Assembly: GCA_965207735.1 (NCBI GenBank)
Contig: OZ242296.1
Location: forward strand, 3,296,001 to 3,360,000
DNA: 64,000 nucleotides
Direction of reading: 5' to 3'
From: Candidatus Versatilivorator sp.
GTDB lineage: Bacteria; Acidobacteriota; Terriglobia; Versatilivoradales; Versatilivoraceae
Position numbers and translations under genes: made by a program. Positions 1 to 9,390 of this stretch are shown here, piece by piece. Numbering within the stretch: position 1 is the first letter of the stretch; each line of letters begins with the position of its first letter. Under the pieces are notes generated by a model. That model had not been told where the DNA came from and ran no database searches. It saw only the letters and a program-made list of their open reading frames with translations.

Positions 1-705
1 ACCGTCCTGCTGGCGATGCTGTTTGTGATCGGCATGAGGATCGTGGTGCAGGACGGCATCGACTACCGCAAGGGGGTAGTGGCCGGGGTGGCTTTCTGGA
101 TTGGCGTGGGTTTCCAGAACGGCGCGATATTCCCGGAGTATTTCAACGAATTCGCGGGCGGACTGCTGCAGAACGGGATGACGGCCGGCGGTCTGGCCGC
201 CATTCTCATGACGATGTTCCTGGAGTTGACCCAGCCCCGCCGCAGACGGATGGAGACCGAGTGCCATCTGTCGGGCCTGCCGAAGATCCAGGAGTTCCTC
301 AAGTCTTTCGCCGCGGAGAACGGCTGGGCGCAGGCGATGCGAAACCGGCTCGACGCGGCTGTCGAGGAAACCCTGGCGACGCTCTTCCATCGGGGTGATT
401 CCGCTGAAACGCGAGAGCCGCGCCGACTGCAGCTGGTGGCTTTCAAGGAGAACGGCGGTGCTGTCCTGGAACTCATTGCCTCGAGCCGCGACGAGCAGAA
501 TCTCCAGGATCGAATCGCCCTGCTGGGCCGATACGCCGAAGGCCCGGCGGTCGAACGGGAAATCTCGCTGCGGTTGCTCCGGCACGTCGCCTCCTCCATC
601 CGTCACCAGCAGTACCACAACACCGACATTGTCACCATCCGCGTGAAGGCACCGCAGCCGGAGGCCGGCCAAACCTCCGAAAGCGGATCCGGCGAGGCCG
701 AATAG
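1..705 (+). CDS. C-terminal part of a xanthine/uracil (NCS2)-type permease with a soluble C-terminal HATPase/anti-sigma-like domain (5'-partial)
   Basis: Frame is open from base 1. Hydrophobic helices with LLQNGMTAGGLAAIL (NCS2-like C-terminus) are followed by a soluble domain (AAVEETLATL...SLRLLRHVASSIRHQQY). Confidence 0.65.
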   Translation, partial: TVLLAMLFVIGMRIVVQDGIDYRKGVVAGVAFWIGVGFQNGAIFPEYFNEFAGGLLQNGMTAGGLAAILMTMFLELTQPRRRRMETECHLSGLPKIQEFLKSFAAENGWAQAMRNRLDAAVEETLATLFHRGDSAETREPRRLQLVAFKENGGAVLELIASSRDEQNLQDRIALLGRYAEGPAVEREISLRLLRHVASSIRHQQYHNTDIVTIRVKAPQPEAGQTSESGSGEAE

Positions 706-955
706 CGGCTTGACGCCTGCCCCCCTCCGGCTCGACTGCGAGAGGTTCGACTGCGGGCTTCGCCCTGGCGAAGGCTGAAGCGGTGGGGGCAAAAAGCGGG
801 CTGCCAAGCGTAGGACAAAGCTGTTACGGGTTTCAATAGCTGCGCCCTCCCGGAACTCACTGCCATGTCAAACAGCTGCAGCCAACTCTCGGACTCATAC
901 CGATCCAAGGATTCCGATAGGCTACAAATCCAAATAAAGATGGTGGAGTACCCCC

Positions 956-2347
956 TTGGATCACAGAAGACCCCTTCAAGCCCCGGACTCAACTTCAGCG
1001 GGAGACAAGACGGTCCCGCCCCGGCCTGAACGCGGCAGCGAAACGCCTGTGTGGTACGTGGACGCGGTCGGTGCCTGGTGCGTTCTGGGTTACGCGGTGC
1101 TGGCCCTGCTGGCGCGGCAGCCGGGCGAGCCGCCGCTGCCGGCGTTCTTCCTGCTGGTCGCCTGGACCGGCCTGCCGGTGTTCGGCCTCTACCTGCACTT
1201 CCGCCGGCGAGAGGAGCCGTTCCCGGTCGGCCGCCTGATTTTCTGGGCAATAGCCTTCCGCATCTGCGGAATGGCGGGCGGCCCCTTCTACGAGGACGAC
1301 TTCTACCGCTATCTTTGGGACGGGTACCGGTTCGCCGCCACCGGCAGCCCCTACGGGCCGGCTCCAGAGACCTTTTTCGTCGACCCCGCCGTTCCTCCGG
1401 CCATGCAGTCCGTACTCAGCCGCATCAACTATCCGGAGCTGCCGACCATCTACGCCCCGGTGACCCAGGTCATCTTCCTGCTCGGCTACTGGTTGCAGCC
1501 GGGCAGCGTCGCCGTGCTGCAGGCGATCCTGATCGGGTTGGACCTGGCCCTGGTGCTGCTGCTGCTGCGCCTGGCGCCGACACGCAACGTGCTGCTCTAT
1601 GCCTGGTGTCCGCTGGTGATCAAGGAGATCGCCTTCACCGCCCACCCGGACGGCGCCGGCGCCTGCCTGCTGCTGGCGGCCGTGGTGCTTTCCCGGGACC
1701 GCCGCTGGCAGGTGGCGGCCGTCGCCCTGGGGCTGGCCGCGGGCGCCAAGGCGTTCGGGCTGGTGCTGGCGCCACTGGTGCTGGCCGGCGCCCGCTTGCG
1801 GCACTGGTTGCTGTTCGCCGCCACGGTGGCGGCTGTCTATGCGCCGTTCGCGTTTCGCGGCGGGAGCGAGATGACCTCGCTGCAGGTGTTTGCGCGGGAG
1901 TGGGAATTCAACTCGTGGCTGTTCGGGCTGCTGAAGACCGCGCTGCCGCCGTTTGAGGCCAGACTTGCCCTCGGATTTGCTTTTGCGGCATTCTGGGGCT
2001 GGTACCATGTCACGACGTTTCGGAGCCCCGCACGGGCTATCCCGAGGGGGGATTGGATCTTCGGCGGGCTGCTGGCGGTATCCCCGGTCATCAATCCCTG
2101 GTACCTGCTTTGGCTGTTGCCATTTGCGGCGGTATATCCGACCATTTGGGCCTGGACGGCCTCGCTGGCCGTGATGCTCAGCTACGTGACCGGGCTGAAC
2201 CTGCAGGACTACGCGATGCAGCCCTATGGGCAGCCCCAGTGGGTGCGCGGGCTTGAGTTCGGATTGATTCTGTGCGGGCTCGGCTGTGACCTGATCCGAC
2301 GCCGGTGGACCGGCCCCGGCAGTCAAGCCTGCCCCGCTCGCTACTGA
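956..2347 (+). CDS. Polytopic GT-C glycosyltransferase (GT87/DUF2029-like); start may be GTG 1049
   Basis: EDDFYRYLWDG, TIYAP and PVINPWYLLW motifs; many TM helices. Confidence 0.8.
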   Translation: MDHRRPLQAPDSTSAGDKTVPPRPERGSETPVWYVDAVGAWCVLGYAVLALLARQPGEPPLPAFFLLVAWTGLPVFGLYLHFRRREEPFPVGRLIFWAIAFRICGMAGGPFYEDDFYRYLWDGYRFAATGSPYGPAPETFFVDPAVPPAMQSVLSRINYPELPTIYAPVTQVIFLLGYWLQPGSVAVLQAILIGLDLALVLLLLRLAPTRNVLLYAWCPLVIKEIAFTAHPDGAGACLLLAAVVLSRDRRWQVAAVALGLAAGAKAFGLVLAPLVLAGARLRHWLLFAATVAAVYAPFAFRGGSEMTSLQVFAREWEFNSWLFGLLKTALPPFEARLALGFAFAAFWGWYHVTTFRSPARAIPRGDWIFGGLLAVSPVINPWYLLWLLPFAAVYPTIWAWTASLAVMLSYVTGLNLQDYAMQPYGQPQWVRGLEFGLILCGLGCDLIRRRWTGPGSQACPARY

Positions 2348-2417
2348 CCGCAGGCCAGGCAGGAAGGTCTGTGCGCCCGCGCGGCGATCCCGGTGCGCAA
2401 GAGGAGAATCAACGACC

Positions 2418-3287
2418 ATGAAGAGAATCGGGCATGAAACATCACCGGCACGCATGTGGCTACAGTGCAACCTGGCTTTGAGCCTTCTGGCCACCGCGAT
2501 TCTGGCCACGGGCTGCGCTCCCCCGCAGCCGGAACGGATCTCGGAATGGGATGTCAGTGACGAGTCCAATCTCGAGCCCATCGATCACGGCCCCTGGCAG
2601 GACATCCTGGACGGCTATGTCGATCCCGATCCCCAGAACGTGAATGTCCTCAACTATGCCGCACTGGCGGCCAGTTCCGACGACACGGCCAAGTTGGGCG
2701 GATACCTTGAGACCCTGGAGGGAATCGACCCTCGCGACTACCGCCGGGCGGAGCAGATGGCCTACTGGATCAACTTCTATAACGCACGCACCGTGAAGAT
2801 GGTTCTGGACTCCTATCCGGTGAATACGATCAGGGAGATCCACCAGGGCGACGTCCCAATGAAGGGACCCTGGGGCGACGTGTGCGCCAATGTCGCCGGC
2901 CGGAATCTGACCCTGGACCAGATAGAGCACGACATCCTTCGCCCCATCTGGCGGGACAAGCGAATTCACTACGCGGTGAACTGCGCTGCCTATAGCTGTC
3001 CGCAACTGATCGATACGGCCTTTACCGCCGCCAACACCGAATCGCTGCTCGAAGCGGGGGCGCGGGCCTACGTGAACAGTGCTCGGGGTGTCGACGTGGT
3101 CGACGATGAGTTCATCGTATTGTCGAGTATTTACAAGTGGTACCCTGAGGACTTCGGCAGTACCGAGGAGTCGGTGATCAAGCACCTCACCCAATACGCC
3201 GACGGCGAGTTGGCGGCGTTTCTGGAAGGGTTCGGGGGAACGATCGACTACGACTACGACTGGAAACTGAACCAGCCACAGCGCTGA
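2418..3287 (+). CDS. DUF547 domain lipoprotein
   Basis: Lipobox LATGC; AYWINFYNA, LDQIEHDILR, RIHYAVNCAAYSCP, LSSIYKWY and YDWKLN motifs. Confidence 0.9.
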   Translation: MKRIGHETSPARMWLQCNLALSLLATAILATGCAPPQPERISEWDVSDESNLEPIDHGPWQDILDGYVDPDPQNVNVLNYAALAASSDDTAKLGGYLETLEGIDPRDYRRAEQMAYWINFYNARTVKMVLDSYPVNTIREIHQGDVPMKGPWGDVCANVAGRNLTLDQIEHDILRPIWRDKRIHYAVNCAAYSCPQLIDTAFTAANTESLLEAGARAYVNSARGVDVVDDEFIVLSSIYKWYPEDFGSTEESVIKHLTQYADGELAAFLEGFGGTIDYDYDWKLNQPQR

Positions 3288-3505
3288 GAACACACTTCAC
3301 ACATTTCGGCGGCAGACGCCAACCGCCGCTCCACCGTAATTACTTCGCGGATTCTCGTCGGCTGCGACCCAAAGCGTGCGCTCGCACCTCCGGCACCTGA
3401 TGACACGCCTGTTTGAAATCCGGCAAAATTTTTTTAGCAACCGTTCGGTTTTCGATTCTGAAACGTCTTTAAGGGATTTGAACGGTATAAGGAGAGAGTA
3501 AAGAC

Positions 3506-3880
3506 ATGAAGAGATTCCTTTTTGCAACCATCGTTTTCGCCGCGGGCGTCGGGCTGTTCCAACTCTGGGTCTCGGCCTCCGGCTCCATCGGACCAGGATC
3601 CGGCAAGGTGAGCCCGCGTGCGGCCTATTCGAAGGGCAAGGCTCTGACGTTCGACTTGCTGGTCTGCGATTCCTGCCCGATAAAGAAGGGCGAACTCAAT
3701 CGTGATCGCGCCAGGAGTCTCACGGCCAGCCTGGTAGCGGTCTACAACGGCAAGAAGACGGGATCGCCGGACGACGAAGCTGTGGCCGCGCTGTGCGGAA
3801 AAGGAGACGCGCAGGGCGAGGAATGCAAGATGAGGATGGAGGTAGTCCACTACTTCCTCACCCGGCGCTTCAAACTGTAG
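3506..3880 (+). CDS. Small exported hypothetical protein with CxxC
   Basis: AAGGAG RBS; N-terminal signal or TM segment; 4 Cys. Confidence 0.65.
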   Translation: MKRFLFATIVFAAGVGLFQLWVSASGSIGPGSGKVSPRAAYSKGKALTFDLLVCDSCPIKKGELNRDRARSLTASLVAVYNGKKTGSPDDEAVAALCGKGDAQGEECKMRMEVVHYFLTRRFKL

Positions 3881-3971
3881 CTCCGCATATCTCCCCGAGA
3901 GGCCGGATACGTTCAGGAAAGGCAGTTTATCTTCAGGATCTTGATTGGGCTCCAAGGGAGGTCCCCACCAA

Positions 3972-4922
3972 ATGCTCCGCAACAATCATTCGTTCGTAAC
4001 CGTTATCGTCGGCTTCGGGCTTGCCCTGTGCCTGTCCGCTCCTCCCGCTCACGCGCAGGGCACGCCCTGGCTCGCCGAGCCGGGGACCGGCACCGTCAAC
4101 ATTTCCTTCGTCAACCAGAACGCCACCGAGTTCTTCCGCCAGACCACCAAGGTAAAGGGACCGCTGGAGGCGACCGGGGCCAACCTGGCCCAGAACACCA
4201 TGTGGTTCGGGGTCAATTACGCCATCAGCGACGCGGTGGCCATCGACGTGCAATCCGCCTGGGCGCGGAGCTTCGTGGCAGGCGGAGTCGGGCCTTCCGG
4301 CGGCCAGGAGAGCTACAGCGGAATTTTCGATTCCACCGTCGCCGTCACCTGGCGGGTCGTGGATGAGCTCATCAGCGACGCGCCCAGCGTCGCCCTGCGG
4401 TTGGGCGCGATCATCCCCGGCAGCTACGACACCGGCTACATCAACTCGCTCGGGGACGGCGGCGCCGGGGTCGAGACCTCGCTGATTGTCGGCAAGTTCG
4501 GCAGCGTGGCAGGAGTCTCGGCGGAGATCGGCTACCGAAACCGGACCAGCACAGAGGTCAACACGCGGGCGGTGGGTGGCGCCGCGGCGGGTGGGGAAAA
4601 GGTCGACATCCCCGCGGACGTATTCCTGAATCTCGGCCTCTTCATCCCGGCCGGCGACAGTGTGACGGTCGGCGCCGACTATCGGATGGTCAAGGCCCTG
4701 TCCGGCATCGACATCGGCGGGCCGGGCTTTTCACCAAGTCGTTTTCCGGGGTTGCAGGAAGACGCGCACATCGTAGGCGGGCGGCTGATGGCCGACGTCA
4801 CCGACAACGTCAGCCTGAACGGTTTCGTCGGACGAGTGGTGGCGGGGCGAAACACGGCCGCCTCGCTGCTCATCAGCTTCGGCGCCAGCTTGTCCTTCGG
4901 CGGGGGCGGCGTGGGGTTCTAG
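3972..4922 (+). CDS. Putative outer-membrane beta-barrel protein
   Basis: Signal peptide ending AHA-Q; alternating amphipathic strands; C-terminal Phe. Confidence 0.65.
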   Translation: MLRNNHSFVTVIVGFGLALCLSAPPAHAQGTPWLAEPGTGTVNISFVNQNATEFFRQTTKVKGPLEATGANLAQNTMWFGVNYAISDAVAIDVQSAWARSFVAGGVGPSGGQESYSGIFDSTVAVTWRVVDELISDAPSVALRLGAIIPGSYDTGYINSLGDGGAGVETSLIVGKFGSVAGVSAEIGYRNRTSTEVNTRAVGGAAAGGEKVDIPADVFLNLGLFIPAGDSVTVGADYRMVKALSGIDIGGPGFSPSRFPGLQEDAHIVGGRLMADVTDNVSLNGFVGRVVAGRNTAASLLISFGASLSFGGGGVGF

Positions 4923-5193
4923 CCCCGAATTCCGGGCCTGGGAAGCATTTTCAGGGAGAAACCTCCATATCGAGACCCATTGTGTGTCCTGAATAGGGAC
5001 AAAGATACTTCCATAGGCGGTTTCATCGTCGATTACAGGAATAGAATCCCACCTCCACCGGAGGCCCTTGCCAGCGTTCCAACTAGTAGCGCTCGCGGCG
5101 CCTATTCGCCCTCTATAGTTCCAATAGACTTCCCCAAGACCGGCCCCGTAGAGGCTCTACGCTCTCACGGGGCCAGTTGCGGCGAATGACTAG

Positions 5194-6305
5194 CCCGCAT
5201 TTCTCACCAGGTCGCTGGTGCCGTGACGACAAGTAGTTTATCTTCAGTACGTTGATTGGCTCTATGGTAAGGGCTTGCGGGTAACAGACTGCGCTGGGCA
5301 TGCCTTGGCTTGTCTTTTCCCCTTCAGCGCGCACATGCTCCCTCGCGCGTAGTGACCGCTACGCTCTTCGGTCGCGAGCACGCCCTGAAGGGAAAAATCC
5401 TGCGCCATGTTCATGCCCCCTGGGTAGAGTCGAGGACTGGCGCGTTGACTATAGGGTCCGGTGGCTATTCCGTCGCTTTCGCTTCGGGCCTCAGTCCGGC
5501 TCCCTTATCACGTTTCCAGTCCCCGCTCTCCGAACCGGACGTGCGGTTTTCCCGCATCTCGGCTCTCCAGTGGGATCATGCGTCTCGCACACAGGTCCCC
5601 GCTCGCATCCGTGGACGACTCCTATGGGATTGGCACCCGTCCCCCACTCCATCCACTTCCGCTCCCGGGTTGCCGCCAGGCCTGTTGATGCCCTGACGAC
5701 GCCGTCCTCCTCCGACGACCCTTTCACTTTTGCATGTGATGCTTCCGGAGTCTCCGGCCCTTTTTTGGTCGGGGTTTCAGGCTTTCGCCACTCCCGGGAC
5801 CCTTCCCCCTTCGGTCACCGCTCCTCACCTGAGGCCCCTTCCCTCCACCGGTATTACCCAGCTTCTCCGGTACTACAGGCCTCTCCGCCACCCTGTCGGC
5901 CTAGACTGACTCTCGCGAGCTTCCGGTTCGGTGCGTGCCTCACCACCCACAGGGCTTCCCATGTTGCTGCCTTCTTCCCCTTCCATGCGTGCCAGCGCCA
6001 CTACCCCGGCGGGTCCAAAGGGGTGCCCGCGTCGCTCGCTTCCCCCTCCGTCTTCGGCCTTCCCCATTTCTCAGGTGGGTCGGCCCCCGCATTGCCCGTT
6101 TCGAGGCCTGCTCGACGTTCACTCGCGTTCCGGCCCGCATGCTCGCTGAACCGCCTTAGGCGGCCCTTTGACACCAGAGGGCTTCAGACCATATCGTTAC
6201 CTCCATGATCCGCCCTGGCTGCTACCAACCGGAGCGACAGTTGTTGGACGGGTTTCGCACCCGTTGGAGGAAGGCGCCTTTCCATGGCGCACTGAGAAAT
6301 GCGGG
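5194..6305. mobile_element. MITE family 1, copy A (243 bp once the nested intron is removed); 18-bp TIR CCCGCATTTCTCACCAGG; flanked by CTAG on both sides
   Basis: 5194-5423 plus 6293-6305 is a near-identical reverse complement of 14606-14848; CTAG at 5190-5193 and 6306-6309. Confidence 0.93.
5424..6292 (-). ncRNA. ORF-less group II intron (IIB-like, possibly class E/F), 869 nt
   Basis: 5' end GTGCGCCATGG at 6292. Domain V GAGCCGAGATGCGGGAAAACCGCACGTCCGGTTC at 5565-5532. Domain VI stem GGGGACTGG/CCAGTCCTC, 3' end ...GACTCTAC at 5424. Removing it restores the MITE TIR exactly with no duplication. No RT ORF. Confidence 0.93.
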
Positions 6306-7277
6306 CTAGCGGTAGATCGCGGGGCGTCGGGCCGAACCGGATCCGGTTCGTCGGCTGCGGGGACCTGAAAACGCAGCCAGGTGCACCACAACCTTGTCCA
6401 CCAGTAGAGCGCCGGCCACCAGGTTCTCGGCCACGCAGCCCAGATCCCGACCCAGCCCCAAGGCCGGGCGGTCATCGAACGACGCCTTGATGATGCTGTC
6501 GAGGAAGGATCGGGCCTGGGAAGCCCGCCCCGATGCCTTCCGGGAGACCGGGTGTTCGATGACGTCGACGGCGTAACTGCGGACGAGCCTGGGAAGCATC
6601 GAGGCGAAGGTGGCGGGCTGGTCGAACAGGTCCAGACCGACGCGCTCCTCGCCAACCATGAAGATGGCGCCCAACTGCCCGGGAAGCGATTTCACCGATT
6701 TGACGTATTGGTCGAGCGTCTCGGCATGGCGTTCGAAAATCGAGCTCATGGCTCCGCTGGGCGATTCCGCGTCCATGGCCGCGGCCTTGGCCGCGATGGA
6801 GTGCCAGACTTGGGCCTGGTCGGAATACCGTTTACCGGTCTCGGCCACCGAATGGAGCACGCTGGCCAGTCTCTCGGTCCTGCCGCGAGCGTACTGCACC
6901 CGCTCGGTCACGGCAAAATCGTCCCTTTCATAATCCCAGCGGCCGGCCTCCACGCAGGATACGGGAATGACCACGGTGTGGTGCGCCGGGACGAGCATGG
7001 TGAGATTGGCGACGCGATTCTGCTTGGCTCCCACCAGCTCTTCGCCGTCGAGGATCAGCACGGCCAGCTTGGATCGGTTCTCCACTGCAAGGTCGGGTAC
7101 GCTGCCGGCGCTCGATACCTCCTTGACGGTAACCAGGCCGTCCCGCAGGCCATCGGCCAGCATCAGGTAACGGAGCTTGCTGTGGAAATCCGACAGCAAC
7201 GGAAACATCGTCAGGCCTTTCCAGGATTGGGGATCTCCAAGCGTCAGACTGGCGAGGGCGGTTTTCAGTGGATTCAT
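6306..7277 (-). CDS. ARPP-1 (DUF6569)-like domain protein
   Basis: VPDLAVENRS, LILDGEELVGAKQNR, IPVSCVEAGRW, SDQAQVW and LVRSYA motifs. Confidence 0.8.
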   Translation of the reverse strand: MNPLKTALASLTLGDPQSWKGLTMFPLLSDFHSKLRYLMLADGLRDGLVTVKEVSSAGSVPDLAVENRSKLAVLILDGEELVGAKQNRVANLTMLVPAHHTVVIPVSCVEAGRWDYERDDFAVTERVQYARGRTERLASVLHSVAETGKRYSDQAQVWHSIAAKAAAMDAESPSGAMSSIFERHAETLDQYVKSVKSLPGQLGAIFMVGEERVGLDLFDQPATFASMLPRLVRSYAVDVIEHPVSRKASGRASQARSFLDSIIKASFDDRPALGLGRDLGCVAENLVAGALLVDKVVVHLAAFSGPRSRRTGSGSARRPAIYR

Positions 7278-7383
7278 GGGCGCCTCCTTGATATGGTCAG
7301 CAAAAAACAGTAAAGTGCATTATAAGGTGGAACAAGACAGTGGCAACAGTAAAAACCATTAATCATCATTAAAAGTCACTCGA

Positions 7384-8214
7384 ATGGCCTTTGACCGGGA
7401 AATGGAAAGCTACACAGCCTCGGAACTGCAGCGCGAGACCGGGTTCGATCGCAGAACCATCGCCTACTACGTGCACGAAGGGCTGCTACCCAAGGTGGGA
7501 CGGCGCGGGTCGCGAACCCGCTACCCCAAGCTGATCCGGGACCGGCTACTCTTCATTCGGGCGGTGAGGGAGGCGGAGCAGAGAGGAACAGTGGCGCCGG
7601 TCTCGCTGCGCGACCTGCGCAAGATTTTCGAGCAGACCCCGCCGGAGCTGATTTCGCGCATCGCGGACGGGCGGATCTCGGTGACCCCGGAAGTCGTCTC
7701 CGGGATAGCGCCCAGCATCCGTCCACTCGCACGGCGGCGGCAAGCCATAGAGAATCGATGGGGGCACGTGCGGAAAGACCGACCCAGGCCCCGGCTTCCC
7801 GCGAGGTTGGCCGAGTCAAGCATCTATGACCCCAGCCAAGCCGACCTCGAGTCGCCTGAGCCCCACGACTGGCCGGACACCGACTCCGTCGACAAACGGA
7901 ACCGCCGGACCACGGACGGAGACGCCCCGGACCTCGCGTACCAGCCGATGCCGGTTGACGATTCCGAACCCGGCTGGGAATCGGAACTCGGCGAAGTGCT
8001 GGCCGCGCTGCAGGAAATCGCGGACCAACGCGGGCAGCCGTCCCCCGCAATGGACCGCTGGCTTCAAGTAGAGGTTTCTCCAGACATAACTCTCTCAGTC
8101 CGGGGGGCGACCGACGAGGCAGCCCCTCTGCTGGAAAGAGCCGTCCACTGCCTGCGCCGCCTCATGCGCCGCCGCGCGGAAGCGGCGATGGATGAGGAGG
8201 AAGATGAGTCGTGA
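7384..8214 (+). CDS. MerR-type HTH transcriptional regulator
   Basis: N-terminal YTASELQRETGFDRRTIAYYVHEGLLP; C-terminal WLQVEVSPDITLSVR; divergent from the ARPP-1-like gene. Confidence 0.8.
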   Translation: MAFDREMESYTASELQRETGFDRRTIAYYVHEGLLPKVGRRGSRTRYPKLIRDRLLFIRAVREAEQRGTVAPVSLRDLRKIFEQTPPELISRIADGRISVTPEVVSGIAPSIRPLARRRQAIENRWGHVRKDRPRPRLPARLAESSIYDPSQADLESPEPHDWPDTDSVDKRNRRTTDGDAPDLAYQPMPVDDSEPGWESELGEVLAALQEIADQRGQPSPAMDRWLQVEVSPDITLSVRGATDEAAPLLERAVHCLRRLMRRRAEAAMDEEEDES

Positions 8215-8634
8215 GGGGTGTGAGGAGGGCCAGCGTGTTTCCCTGGGACGAATGGGTGTTCAACGTCGTTGGCGAAGTGGACCGGCTATCGGAGGCAGCG
8301 GGACCAGCACCCACATCTGCTCGCCGCGGACACTCGTCACTTCATAGCTGCCGATCTCTCTGCGCCGCAGGAGTCGCAGTCCTTACTTGTGGTCTTTCAA
8401 TAACACCAAACGCTATTTAACTTTAGAGCGTAAATTGCAATAACGAAGGCGTCGCCGCACATCCACCGGAGATCATCAAGATTGTGCCGACCCGGTCTTC
8501 CGACCTCCTACCAATTGAATGCTGTTGCGGTCATCCTGAAACATTCCGGACAAACCTCGTGCGGTCGAGACCGCACCCTCAGCTGTTCGTTTCACTCCCT
8601 TTTACTTTAGTGTCTAAATTACAAAATCGGCCTT

Positions 8635-8907
8635 CTACTTCTCCGCCAGCCGGCCGGACAAGTATTTGTGGATCACGCTGGACAAGAGTGTCTGATAAGG
8701 AATCCCTTCTTCCCTGGCCCTGGAGTGGGCAAGGTTGAAGTCGCGCTCGGTAACCCGCAAATTCACTCGCCTGGTCTTGTTGAACGTTTTGCGAGCCGAC
8801 TGTCGGGCCATCTCGATTTCCCGTCCAGCATCAGGAGTGGAACGCAACTCGCCCCGTTCGAATCTATCGAGAATGTCACGTTCTTCGGCACTCATTTTGT
8901 CGTTCAC
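8635..8907 (-). CDS. CopG/RHH-type antitoxin (BrnA-like)
   Basis: RVNLRVTERD...AREEGIPYQTLLSSVIH; abuts the toxin stop codon. Confidence 0.85.
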   Translation of the reverse strand: MNDKMSAEERDILDRFERGELRSTPDAGREIEMARQSARKTFNKTRRVNLRVTERDFNLAHSRAREEGIPYQTLLSSVIHKYLSGRLAEK

Positions 8908-9191
8908 TATCGCTGCCTCCTACGATAATCTCTCGTCGCCTTCCGGCTGGGAATAATCGTCTTCAGAAAGCGAGTGCCGTCGGTTTGGGTCACGAACGGC
9001 ACAAGGTAAATGATCTCGTCGATCTCCACAACGTAGATCAGCTGTCCCGGGTAGCGGTCCTGGTTGGGGTGTTCCAGTACGTCCACCAAGCTGCTCTGCT
9101 CTATGGCGGATAGGACGCTCTCGAATGAGATTCCCCGCTGCCGGATGAGCAGTTGGTTCTTCTCCGCGCTCCATTCGAAGCCGATGCCCAT
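8907..9191 (-). CDS. BrnT-like toxin
   Basis: FEWSAEKNQLLIRQRGISFE...FLKTIIPSRKAT. Confidence 0.85.
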   Translation of the reverse strand: MGIGFEWSAEKNQLLIRQRGISFESVLSAIEQSSLVDVLEHPNQDRYPGQLIYVVEIDEIIYLVPFVTQTDGTRFLKTIIPSRKATRDYRRRQR

Positions 9192-9235
9192 GCGTCAATT
9201 ATCTCACAATGTGTGCATTCCGGCAACACGCTCCA

Positions 9236-9325
9236 TCAGCCCACAATCTCGTTCAGCAGCCCCTCCGTCTCCTTCTCCGGCACCAGGATATCGGCCCGGA
9301 TTTCCTGCAGCGTCCGCATCGGCTT
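9236..9325 (-). pseudogene. hsdM: C-terminal relic of a type I restriction-modification M subunit
   Basis: Translates KPMRTLQEIRADILVPEKETEGLLNEIVG*, a typical HsdM terminal helix; the rest of the gene is absent. Confidence 0.65.
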
Positions 9326-9390
9326 AACTGAAACAAAAGAAAAAAGAGTTATCCACGAAGGGACACGAAGAACGACGAAGGGGCACTAAG

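Noticed and set aside
706-955. Intergenic regions (also 3290-3505 and 8215-8630) as possible riboswitch, tRNA or rRNA
   Set aside because: No recognisable conserved RNA motifs by eye; an Rfam scan would be needed to exclude them.
995-2581. Long antisense or alternate-frame ORFs (also 20329-22089, 22171-23865, 32338-34401, 43444-44985, 62972-63829)
   Set aside because: Shadow ORFs of well-supported genes, expected in high-GC DNA.
5300-6208. 302-aa plus-strand ORF and other short ORFs over the intron
   Set aside because: Antisense to the structured intron RNA; no RT (YADD) or other protein motifs.
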